Below are positions 13,050 to 24,904 of a DNA stretch of 64,000 nucleotides, piece after piece. Numbering within the stretch: position 1 is the stretch's first letter; every line of letters begins with the position of its first letter. Source of the DNA: Blasia pusilla (lineage: Eukaryota); assembly GCA_050084515.1 (NCBI GenBank), contig CM114271.1, forward strand, positions 32,364,001 through 32,428,000, written 5' to 3'. The notes beneath the pieces were generated by a model. That model was not told where the DNA came from and ran no database searches. It saw nothing but the letters and a program-made list of their open reading frames with translations. The translations under genes and the position numbers were made by a program.

Positions 13050-14380
13050 ATCAAGGTTGGCAACTCTGTGTCTATGTACCACTTGGAAGTCATACTCTGT
13101 AAGATAAGAGCCCACCGTGCAAGCTTCCTGTAAGCTTGTCCGACTCCATCAACCACTTGAGCGGTGGTGATCAGTAACAAGGGTAAACGTGTGCCAAACA
13201 AGTAACACCTAAAGTGTGCCACACCACACTCGCCAAGCACTCTCCCTCATATGAACTATAGCGCGACTCATTTGCATTATTCGAACGACTTGCATAGGCC
13301 ACCACAAACTCCATGTGCTCATCATCATGTTATGTCAACACCGCTCCAAGTCCCAACCTACTCCAATCGTGTGTAATCGAAATGGGCGCCTCGATAGGTC
13401 TCCTCAAGATAGGCGCCGCCACCAACTCGGGCCTTAAGCTCCCCAAAAGCTCTCTCCGATCATCTCCCAAAGTGCCACTCTTGATCTCATTTCAGCAATT
13501 GGTTCAAAGGCTTTGCCATAGCACTAAATCCCTTCACATACCTCCGATAGTAGTTCGCCAATCCCATGAATGCTCGAACTCTACTCACATCTACCGGACG
13601 CAGAATAAGTGCAATAGCCTCCACCTTTGCTTGCTAAACTCCCAAACCACCTGGATAGATCACATGACCCAAGTACTCAACATCCTCATGGAAGAACTTA
13701 CACTTTCCTGGATGCAAACATAGACCATGAGCTTTCAACCGCTCAAACACCATCTGCAAATGTATCTGATGCTCCTCCACCGTGTTACTGAACACCAAGA
13801 TATCATCAATGTAACACCGAACAAAATCCAACCCTGCTAGGATCCTGTCCTTGAAACTCGGCAGGTGCATTCTTCAACCCAAAGGGTAAGAATTTCCACT
13901 GGTACAAACAATCCTTGCCATGAGAGTTGACACCCCAAAATGTTGTCTTGGCCTTGTCACTCTCCCGAATCGGCAATTGATGGTATCTTGCCCGAAGATC
14001 CAAAGTACTGAAAATATTTGCCTGTCCCACCACATCAAAGATCTCCTCAGGTGTAGGCATGGCATACCTATCGGCCTTGGTTTGCCGATTGATAGGACGG
14101 TAATCTCCACACATCCACCTATCCGTGTAGTTGCCGTGCATATCCTTTTAGCGAGCATGACAAAGGTGGGCGATGCATACTCTCCATGCGACAACTCCAC
14201 TAATCCGGCCTCCAAAAGGTCCAACGCCCTACTCTGAATCAGGTCCCTCTCCATATCACTATATCGGTAGGGACGACGGAAGATTGGCGTATCACTAGCC
14301 AAATCAATCCGTATACCGGGTCCAACCAGAGAACCCAACTCCTTCATGCTAAAGGCAAAACAACTCCTATAAGCACGTAG
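13050..14380 (-). pseudogene. Reverse transcriptase + RNase H (Gypsy-type)
   Basis: RMCGDYRPIN, FSTLDL..YHQL, LPFGLKNAP, CYIDDIL, KCKFF..VEYLGH; RNase H HFRCYL, KLARWALILQ. Confidence 0.95.
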
Positions 14381-14749
14381 GAACTGTGTCAGCGTCGTTT
14401 CTCACCTCCCGTAAGCTTGGGCCCAAGTAATGGCTCCCAAGTCTCCTCCTTTGGCATACTAGAGGGAGAGGCGATGCCATTGGTCGCTACGCAACCCCCT
14501 CACAAGATGATACACCCTTAGCTACACCATCATCCGAGCAAATAACTCCTCCACCAAAGCATGAGCTACCAACTCCACATGCCCAACCATTACATCCCAT
14601 TTACTCCAAGGATGCAAAATACTACTCTCCTCGCCCCTTTGACCGATGCCTCTATCGCCCGGTAGCCATCGAGCTCATTACAAGGGGTGGAAGACCCATG
14701 ACATAGTCCGAAATCGACGCTCGCCACCCATACCAAGACTCAAAATCCA

Positions 14750-15700
14750 AGTCAAACAATTCAGGTCCATGGCTGACCCAACACATGACGTCGTGAAGCC
14801 TCAAAAATAGAAGCAACGGCATTTGTCACACCGAAGAGCAAATCCCATCGACGCTCTCTCTCATCGGTGTTAGGCTCCACCAACCGCCGCGACATGAGAA
14901 TCCCATACAAGCCCCGGACCACCTTCCCTGTAGGCATGTGACGCTGGAAAACTCACAAATGTGGGTAGTGCCATCCTAGGTCGGCCCACACGGTTCACCA
15001 CGCCATGGGTGACCGATCAATAACCCTCACCACTTGAGAAAGTCGCCCAAGATTCAAGATACTATCCTTTGTAAGGTGAGGATCCGGCCTGCACCTTTGC
15101 ATCATATGCTCGACGTAGAACCTCCCTAGGCAACAAGTTTGTCCACCACAAGCGTGGGCGATGTGCACGCTGAGCCAACTCATGTTGCATCCAACAATAC
15201 CGCTGGTCCAATCCAAGACCGCACTCATGAACACTCGCCATCATCCGGGTCCGAGTGTCACCCAACAATGGAACATTCTCGAATGTAAGCTAGAGCACGT
15301 GTGCGATGAACTGAAGATGTCGTAACACCCGTAACATCTCCCAAAACAATCGAGACCTAGGGTCATGTAATCCCTCACCACGACCAAAGACGTGTATGAC
15401 CCCGACATGGCCATCCAAAGCAATCACCAAATCCACAGGACCAACCCTCTCAAGGTCCTGCGCCCCCAACAATGCAATGTGTGATGGTAAAGCACGCTGG
15501 TACCCACGAATAGCGATGGCGGCAACAACTCGGATATCTCGCATCAATCGACCAATATGTCGGGATGAGACTCTCTGGGCCGTCTCATCTCGCTCCACAT
15601 ACACGTATCTCCGACAGAATACCGCCCTGCAACATCGCCGCCAAACCGGTGCTAATCCCACCAAAGAGATTTAACACACAAATGCCCTCCGGGGATCTTG
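14750..15700 (-). pseudogene. C5 cytosine DNA methyltransferase domain within pol
   Basis: Motif I VLNLFGGI; motif IV VDLVIA-GWPC.GH; SRLFWE; motif VI ENV; motif VIII RAHRPRLWWTNL; motif X RHVLGQAMD. Confidence 0.9.
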
Positions 15701-16049
15701 CGCCATACAATGGATGTAGTATCCAAAGGGGATAACCCCAATCGGGCAGAAGTAGGAGTCCGTGGGGCCTCCTCTTCCTCGTGAGGTATAATGACCTCAC
15801 ACCAAGCCTCCTGCACTAGGCGTCAGCCTCTGCCGTAGTGCACCCCTGAACTCCAAAGTGGCACATCCGATGAGGATGCCTTTGCTGCAAAAATAGGGAC
15901 CTCCTCTTCCTCCTTATGCGCAGGAGAATCCATAGCGAAACATTACCCTCCAAAAGTCTCTGGCCAAGTGACTACTCCACTAAAACCAGACCCACAGATG
16001 CTAACATCTGTTGGGGAAGACCCTCATGGTCGAGCCCCGAAATAAATCT

Positions 16050-16500
16050 CACAGAACTTGGCTCATACGTCCATCCCGGATCGCCAACCTGGTCTATAAG
16101 ACGCTGTCTCACTCCAAGTAATCCATCTGAAAACCCATCGGGTACAATCATCGCTCCTCCAACTAGTACATCATACGACTCGACCGGTGATGTGACTACC
16201 GCAGATATTCCCAACCGGGAGCTATCGGTCGCATGATCCGGTCTCAACTGCATGAGAAAAATTCTCCCGTGTCATGAATTGAGACCTATCATTGGCTCCT
16301 CCAAGTGATGTTTGAATCTGGAATGGGCAAGGCTCAAGCTCGACCTCCGAATACCCAAACCAATACATGCCGCCTTTCCCAACATCAAGGTTGGGCACCG
16401 AGTCTAACAAGACTCTATCCGGTCTATACACCTATCTGTAGGACTCACCAATCAGAAGATCCCACCGGTTGTCCAACATACATACACCGGTGTAAGCCTC
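16050..16500 (-). pseudogene. Aspartic protease remnant
   Basis: RVLLDS(G) active site and YDVLVGGAM C-terminal motif. Confidence 0.75.
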
Positions 16501-16899
16501 TCACGATCAATGGCTGGCCGGGCCGGTAATGCATCCATCTTCGCTTTGCTACCCGCCAAGTAGCTTTGGTACTCAATGCTACTCGACATAGAGGGTCACT
16601 CCACCGCAACACCCTCATCCACCTCAACACGTAGCAAGAATAACACCCCACGTTCACACAACGTGGTCGCTAATCGAAATACAGGTGCTAAGTCAACTCC
16701 TAAAGCCATCGCTCCGTGGTGGAAAACAATGAGATCCCAACACTGAAGTTGCCATCCGCACATCGATCGATCTTTGCATCCGTGTCTACTACACGCGATG
16801 TAGATGCCTCAGTCCCCACTGTCGGCTCAATAGGCTGCGTAGGAACCATGGATGGAGTCCTAAGCACCTCAGACAACAAGAATGACTGGGGAAGCCTAG

Positions 16900-18460
16900 C
16901 TTGCCTCCCAGCCTCACCCCTCTGTGGGTCCAACTCCTGAGAGCACAACGTGGCTCGACGCTTTCGAGTGGCTCCTCAGAATCGCAGCCGGTGATGCCTC
17001 AACTTTTGTCCGCACTCGCCATATAAGAGAGATCATCCCCTCCATAAGAGGTGGAAGCCCTGCTCCCGAACTTGATCTATATGTCGGATACCGACCATAG
17101 TAGCCAACCGCTCCAATCGCTCAATCTCGGCGACCATAGCGACTCTGTCGAGTGGTCGGGTAGCCACCGTAGGCTCTCCAACCACTGGTCCACCTCTACC
17201 ACCCCTACCATCTCTACCACCTCGGCCTCTCGGAGCTACTCCACCAAGGCCACGGCCTGATCTCAACTCTGGATGAAGATCAAAGCAACGCTCTCGAGGA
17301 TGACCTAGTCTCCCGCAATGATCACACTGAGTTGGGGCCGACTGAGGCCCATCCTCCAAAGTCCGTCTCCCATCCTCTTGGGGACAAAACTTCCTAACAT
17401 GATCACCTCCACATGTCCAACATGACTGTCCTTGCTGCGGGGCAGCAAATGAAGGCAATGGTCTCTGCAAAAATGTCCCTCTAGGACTTGATCGAGGTCG
17501 CGTGTACCCCCACGACTCCCACTACTACTACCACCACCACTACTACGAGCGTGAGGTGGGCGGCTGAACACGAGAAGTAGTAGTTGTATCCCCTCTTGAA
17601 TGCGGATGTCACCACTCTCTCCTTCACCATGTTAAGCTCAATCTTCTCGAGATAGAGCAAACACATGGATCAATGTGGGTGAATCATCACTCATAAGAGT
17701 AGCATCACGCACCCTACGGCGCAAATCTCTCGTCCAAGATCCCATACCAAAATCGGATCGCTGATCCTCGTCACACCTGGTAATCGAAATCAAGCGTCGA
17801 TACGCTGGCGTGTATGCCTCACGAAGACTCTCACCAGTCTTTCGCTCAAAGTCTGAAGATTCCTCAACTTCTCCGTCTTCACTCCTTGATAGTTCTTCTT
17901 CAACCTCTTGAAGAACTCGCAATCGGGCTAAATGATGGTGGGGCACTAGTACCTCCACTAGAACCCCACTAGTACCTCCACTTTGGTACCCCCACTCCGG
18001 CTCGCACTGCGTACCACTCAACGTCGGGCTGGCTGGCATAGTAGGAGCACTACTACCAATACCACCATGGGTGATAGACACATAGCCTGGAGACCAATAT
18101 TGTCTCCATGCCTCAATCTCAGCAACATGGTCCTTCCTAAACTCATGGTAATCATCCATGGGTGGTCCTTCCAAGTGCTGAAACAACCCTTCCAAGCCAA
18201 GAAGGGTGTAAACAACGTGGCATTCCGCAACATCTGCATATCACACCACGTATCAAACTCCTGCATGAAGTCCTCCAACTCAATGGTACCCACTGCACCC
18301 GAGTATCGTCGTGGGCCCTTCATGGCCCCATATCCACCGTCCATGTCCCAAATCAATGGAGCGCAACACTCGATAACAACGTAGAAGACTCGGTGTTTGG
18401 AACACCTCGCCCTCCTCTTCATCAACCGTCGGAAGTGGAAAAGGTAGCCGATACCTAAAT
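16900..18460 (-). pseudogene. gag with two zinc knuckles
   Basis: CWTCGGDHVRKFC and CDHCGRLGHPRERC; GESLREAY capsid-like motif. Confidence 0.85.
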
Positions 18461-19553
18461 CCACTCCATGTGAAACCACCACTGTCCGCACCACGGTCCC
18501 CAACCAGACCACCCGACAGCTCCGTGATGACCAACGCCGATGCCGCACCACCACCAAATTACCAAGTAACGTCGATGTCGCTATACTATTCTAGCTCTAC
18601 TAGCTATGGGTGTAGGCAACCTAACTTGTCATCACCACAAGAAGTCTCCCACAATCTACTCGTCATCCCTCCAGCCTCACTACCGGTAGCACACAGGAGT
18701 AACACTACTCTGGAAATCAACGTCAACCCTAACAATGGGCGCGCAAGCAAGAAGCACGATGGAGGGGATCCAAACAGAGGAAATCCAACGACAACCCTCC
18801 AATCGCAAATGGAAATCAAGGTAACACAATCCACCAAACGTGGTGCCCTCTGAATCCACAAAACCCACCACACAATTCTAACGCAATAGCTACTCCGCCG
18901 CGGGTCGATGACGTGCTAGTCGAACGCGCAGCACCTAAAAATATCACCTGCATGGCGAGGCTACACCGTACTATGCGCTAGAGGTACATCAACCAAAAAC
19001 TTGAGATGCATAAAGCGCCTAACACATCTCCGAACAGCACCAAATGAGCTACAACAGTCTGTACACTAGCATAGTTAAGAACTCGGCGATTAAGCGTCCT
19101 CCGAGAATAGCCCAAAGATGGGTGACCAGTTATGCAAAACTCAAATCCCAAATCCTGCAAAAATTGCCTCACGCCCAAGCAAGCAAGCTTGCTTGCTTGC
19201 TCCTTGCTCCTTACTCCGCCTCTCACGCCCACTCGCCCCGAGTTGCCTCGAAGCCTCTCACCCGATCTGGATGAACTTCAACACAGCTTCCGCACTCCAA
19301 GCTCTCCACATCAGAAAACCGTCGAACACGAACCAGAATCTTCAATCCTTGATAACTTCCAACTCCCTTGACGAAAACCGGCGATCTAAAGCGCATTGGA
19401 AAGCTCTCAGCAAGGCGCTTCTTTCCCAACCAATCGCGCACCAGATTCACACCTCCAACATAGGCCACAAGCCACGAACATCCACGGCTGAGTACACAAT
19501 CAGCCCTAACAAGATCCTACTGATCTACAATCGAAGCTACCATCGATCTACTC

Positions 19554-19565
19554 CAGTTCTTTGAG
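19554..19565 (-). promoter_or_regulatory. Putative self-priming primer-binding site
   Basis: Minus strand CTCAAAGAACTG directly follows the ...TTTCA end of repeat B and is complementary to minus-strand CAGTTCTTTGAG (19740-19729), which starts 29 nt downstream of TATAA (19769-19765). Confidence 0.75.
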
Positions 19566-19917
19566 TGAAATCCGTGAAGGACCTACTGTCATAAAACACG
19601 TTTACAATCACATACAATTGAGCCAAACCCACTCCACGATGGGAGAATCTAGGTCGAAGCTTGCGGGAAACACCATAGCCAAGAGCTCTACTCACTACCA
19701 AGGCTAACTCCCAACGCAACAGGCTCAACTCAAAGAACTGACTGTTCTTTGAGGGCAAGCCACCTTATATCCCAACCCTACTGGGAAAGTCACCCCCAAG
19801 TGAGTAACCCCCAACCCTATGTATGGAACCGCATCTCTACCAAGCCACTACGGTCCTACATAAGGAATGGCCTCTACCAGCACTATACTCTACGACATAA
19901 TCCGTATGGTCATGACA
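19566..19917 (-). repeat. 5' terminal repeat B (TG...CA, contains TATA box)
   Basis: Matches 10744-11107 apart from a short deletion; no A unit at this end. Confidence 0.92.
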
Positions 19918-20274
19918 GCATTTGCATCAAGGCAGGGGACTTTTCCGTTCCTCCAAGTAAGGGGGTCCTGTCTTGCATGTAAATTCCCGGGGGAATTGTA
20001 TAAACTATCTAAGTTGTACCCATCAAAGCATGGATTGATTGGATCTAGGATCTCGAACACTTGGAAGTTGTGCTCGGGCCTTACAAAATAGTAGACAAAG
20101 GAGTGGTCCATCTGTAAAGAAGCAGGTTGGAAACAATGTCAGAAAAAAGAAAGAGCTACTTGACCGTTGGTCTACTCTCAATATGGTGACACAATGTGCA
20201 ACATGTCCATAGTGCATTCTAGTCCTTGTTGATTACCAACTCATAAGAACTTGGCCTATAGTCCTAACAGTAGA

Positions 20275-20615
20275 GGAACCTGTCGAAGTCCGACGGGTTG
20301 TTTTACAAGTGGAAGTGTTTTTTTTGCCATGAGCAACCCGTCGAAAGCCGACAGGTTGCTAGCTTAGAGTAACCTGTGGTTGGCTAAGAGCAACCCGTCG
20401 CTTTCAGACGGGTTGCATCACTCCAGAAACACAAGGAAAAGCACAAGTACTTGCAACCCGTTGGATTCCAACAGGTTACACTCACTCAATGAGACTTGTG
20501 GTAAATTTGCAACCCGTCGCTTTCAGACGGATTGCAAAACCGTAGCCACAAGCTTGTGGGATCCAATAGGTTGCATGCAGAGATGCAACCCGTTGGAGCC
20601 CGACGGGTTGAATTT
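20275..20615. repeat. Palindrome cluster in intron 2
   Basis: About six copies (near 20277, 20333, 20390, 20453, 20508, 20585). Confidence 0.85.
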
Positions 20616-22719
20616 GGATTAAGAGCACTTACCCGGACTTGACTCATCGCCAATCGGAGTGGATACTCGTTCTTGATGACCCATGATTGCACTGTCCTCC
20701 ACTTCAACGACCTCTTCACGCATTGAAGGTTGAAGAGCTTGTCCTTGGTCCCTCCAGTCAAGACCAAGAAACAACCCTGTCACTCAGATAAGCGTCTGCA
20801 AAAGAAAACAAGAGCGCGATCTGGTCGTAGGAAAGAGGGACAGTGCAGTCTAGGACAGTGTCAGATGGATTGTTGTCCCACAAGCGAAACCCAAAGGGCA
20901 AATTTTGTGATGAGGAGATCCACCGCCACCTCCTCGACCACCCCATGGACCGTCGAGAGAGCATGCACATTTCGTTGAAGGTTTTGTCCCAGCATGGTCA
21001 ATTTGTCGATGGCGAGTGTCGACTCCTGGGAACTAAAACTTTGCAGCTCATCCACAAGATGAGTGAAGTGAATGAGGATATTTGTCCTAGTCGTTTTTTC
21101 TCTATGCCTTCCCAAGGATGATGGAGTGTATTCCATATCCTTATCTCCTCCCTAGGACAAACCAAACGCCTCCCGCTTTCGCTTCTCCCGAGTCTATGGT
21201 CGGCCTATGGGGGTATCTGTTACCTCAGACTCCATTGGAGTTTTCTTGGCGGAGGATCTGGTCTGGCCCTCTCGCCCCGCTTGCTCGGACGATTCCACCT
21301 CTCGCCTTGAGGTATCAGCCTCTTTTTTGGAAGAATCGACCTCAAAATTCTTCGCTCCCCTCGCCTTTGCTTTCAAACCCGCTATAGATTTGTTCTTGGT
21401 GGTGACGACCTTGGACACCAACTCCACTGTCTTGAGGGCTTGCTCCTCCGCATCTCCTTCAAAAAATCTTTAGGATGCATAAAATTTGGAATGTCGTCCC
21501 TACCTGCGACCACTGCATCATAGACCAGACATAGATTTTTTTCGGTTATGTCCTTAGAGTCGTTGAAGTCCAACCAGATTGGGCGATTGTCAACCTCCCA
21601 ATCGGACATGCCCTATGCCATCTCCATGTCGTACATAGATAATGCCTCTCCATCAGGCGGAGAAGCCCACAATTTGCGGGCTGCCGGTATGTTTCGCCAA
21701 GCACCTGCATTCTTACAATTGATGAGGTACCTGTACACCATCCGTCGGGCTGCTCTTTGTCAAGATGAATTGGCCGCCTGCTCCTGAAGATCCCGCTTCT
21801 TCTTTGCGAAATCCCTTTTTTTGGCGTCAATTTCTTCATCCAGGTCTGCCTAAGGGAGGATGTGATTCTTGAACATCATCCTGAAGCCTGGATTTTTCGT
21901 GGGCTTGTCTCGGATGCCATCAAGCCATAGTTTGAAATCTTCTGCAGTTTCTAGGTTTGGTTCCTCCGGAACTGGCTCAATCTTCTCCAGCTCTGCTTGA
22001 AGACCCATGAGCATGGACTTCCCGAGAAGCGGCAACGCATCCCAGAATGACCATTCACTTAGCCAATGGGAGATCATTGGATCAGAAACTCCCGGAGGAT
22101 GGTGTGCCGCCTGCTTTTGGGCCTCTGTGCCCTCCACACTGATTTTCATCAGTCAAATTCTCCTAAACTCAGAAATTCCAGACAGTGCAAATTTGTGAAC
22201 GCGGTCCATAGACACTTTCTCGCCGATCCAACCCTATAGATCTTCGTCTCTCTTCCGCTGACGCTTGGTTATCGCCTTGAGCTCCTTGTAGAATTCTGGG
22301 CCAAGTTAGGGGTTCAGAATGGCAATGTATCGCTGCATCTTGCTTGCAGTGTACTTCATAGCTGCAGATATTGCAGACTTGATAAACTTTGCACGTTCAG
22401 ACGCAGACATGTTCCCCCTTCGCTCCAATTCCAATGAAGCGCTCTTCTTGGCAGCCTGGATCTTCGACCAACAAAGGATTGTGACGACTGCATCTTAGGA
22501 AATGAAGGTATTTGCCCAAGTCTTCTTTTTAATTTGAGCCCCCTTCGCCAGCATCTCATTTACCACAGCGTCGCCCAAGAACCCCTTGTACTCTGTCGGG
22601 TCCGTCGTAAGCACCTTTTTCACCTTGTCACAATCCTAGATCCAATGGTGGGTGACATTCCCCTCGGATACAATCCTGTACATCCAAACACACGCTAAGA
22701 ATTATTGCAAGCTACTAGG

Positions 22720-23385
22720 TTCCTACAACCTGTCGGACTCTAACTGGTTGCAAGACCTGGTGGTCGAAATGGTGGCATAGAGAAAAATATTGCAATCCGT
22801 CAGAGTCCGATGGGTCGCAACACCTTTTTTCTGTTACACTTATTGCAACACTCAAGCAAATTTTGAGACATAATTGCAACCCATCAGAGTCCGAAGGATT
22901 GCACTCGGATTTTGTGATTTTCTAGTCCATCCGTTTTGGTCCTTGGCTACAACCCATCGGACTCCGACGAGTTGTAAAAAATAGCATATATCAACCCGTC
23001 GAAGTCCGACAGGTTGCGCAATTTGTTGTAAAGGTGGGATTGGACGCCTAAAAGCAAGCTCTCCTACTCCGACCACCTACCTATGGGGGCAAATGCAACC
23101 CGTCAAAGTCCGACGAGTTGCTTTCGGCCAAAAATCCCAAAAATAGCGGACAGTCCTATTTTTAGGCGTCCGATGATTTGTTACCACTAGTTTAACAACT
23201 CGTTGAAGTTTGACGGTTTGCAGAACATATAAATCATGCACTCATTTTTACACCCGTCGATGGTGGACTGGTTTTGGTATCCCAGCTTTCTCTAGTGTGC
23301 TTGGCCACCAGGCAACCCGTCGGACTCCGACGGTTTGCTTGAAGCTTTCCAATTATGCAACCCGTCTGACACCGACGGGTTGAAG
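22720..23385. repeat. Palindrome cluster in intron 1
   Basis: About nine copies, e.g. GCAACCCGTCGGACTCCGACGGTTTGC near 23312. Confidence 0.85.
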
Positions 23386-24904
23386 CAATCAAAATTAAGG
23401 AAGAGGAAACTTACCCATTCATGGCATGGATTGCCATTTCCACCGTTGCCATGTGATGAGGAAAATGCGCCTCCAATGAATTTGGGCGCTCCTATGTAAA
23501 CTGGGTCCACACCATGTACTTGTGGTTTCCATCCCAGATGAAGAAGTAAAGGTTCCGCATCCAGCTAAATTGCGTCCCCTCAATCGCTCTTCTGAACTCC
23601 TGATCTCTCATCCTCCAGAATGTATCGAGCGCTTCCAAGTCCTCTTCCGTCACTAGCGCTTGGGTTCCATGTTCATCGTAAGGCTGAACATAGAACGGAG
23701 AGAAGCTGTCGACGTAGGATGTTGTCACTGCCGACTATTTCAACTTTGTAATATCCTCCTCCGAATGAATTTTGCGGACGTACTCCATGGTCCGCAATCG
23801 GCAAAGTAGAATTCTCAGGGCGTTTTGGCCCTCCATCAGTGCCATCTGCTTAACAACTTGCCACAATGGGGACCAAGTCAATAAACTACACTGTTTTGCC
23901 AATGAATTGCATCATGGGCCTTCACATAACTCAAACGTTTCTTACCCGCTCAAAGATTGGGTCGGTGTCTTGGCCGACCAACTGCTTTGGGACAATAGCT
24001 GGCAAATCCACAAGAAACTCATCGATCCGATAAAGGTCGATTTCTTCGGCCGGGATCAAAGACGAGGAAGACTGTTCTCATGCTTCTTCAGAGATGTCCA
24101 CCATCTCCACGCTTGCCGTCCTCATGACTTCATCGTCCGTCACTTGAACTTCGGCCGTTTCCTCAGCCGATTTTATATTCATGGTGTCCCCACTTTTCAT
24201 CGGGGACATTTCCTACACCTCAACACTCTGTGTTGGACGGGCAGGGCTTTCTTCAATGGCAATCACTTTTTCCCTTTGAGCTTTTGCCAATTCTGCTCTC
24301 CTCACGGACGCGTCCAGACGCTTTTTCTCACGTTTCTCGTCGGCGACTTTTCTCTTCAAGGCCTACGATGCCTCAGCCTCGACGTTTTGTTTTTTTGAGT
24401 GCCACCAGAACACGTTTTGCAAGAAGCTCCTACCTGTGCATATGTGATTCCCTTTCGCGCTCCTCTATCTCTTGCTGCCTTATCTCATTGGCCGAACGAG
24501 GCCCTAGAGATGGTGACGCAGGAGTCCTCATGGACTTGGGAGTGATGCTCCCTACCTTGATTGCTTGCATTTTTTACCTCGTCATGGTTCCCATCAATGC
24601 TTCCTCCTCGACAGTCTAGTCTCTTTCTGTGCACGAAAATTCCCTCGAATGGTCTCGCGATGAATTTCCGTGACCCTGGACCCAACTCTCTTTGCGTTTT
24701 GTGATGAAGCGCCCTCACCCTCCTCACTTCCCTTGGTATCTAGTCAGCGGCTGCGCGGAAGAGCACATGAAATCGCGAAATGAAAAACAAAAATGAGCGA
24801 AACCTCGGCTATTTATACTTTTCGAGCCGTTGAGCTGACCGTTGGGTCGCACCGTTGTACCGACGGCGACGTGTCGGCCATTATGGAACTTTGGACGTGG
24901 GAAC

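Larger units (their letters stand above)
10638..19917 (-). mobile_element. Full-length, decayed Gypsy-like retroelement with split direct repeats; gag-PR-DNMT-RT-RH-INT-PHD; TSD GCAT
   Basis: GCAT at 10634-10637 and 19918-19921; termini TG...CA; domain order from ORF fragments; many frameshifts. Confidence 0.95.
19918..24585 (-). pseudogene. Three-exon ParB/Srx-like + beta-class N4C/N6A DNA methyltransferase gene, copy B (continues at 10637)
   Basis: Exons 24585-23415, 22675-20633 and 20111 onward, with GTAAG donors and YAG acceptors; FFIWDGNHK.VW at ~23510-23545; VDLLIT(N)LPFG..WD (motif IV-like, one frameshift) at ~20880-20925; TEKSPALMQMLI. Confidence 0.68.

Noticed and set aside
10638-19917. 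DIRS/Ngaro tyrosine-recombinase element
   Set aside because: No YR motif seen; a DDE integrase and a 4-bp TSD are present.
23772-24398. 208-aa plus-strand ORF and many similar short ORFs
   Set aside because: Antisense shadows of decayed transposon genes on the opposite strand.
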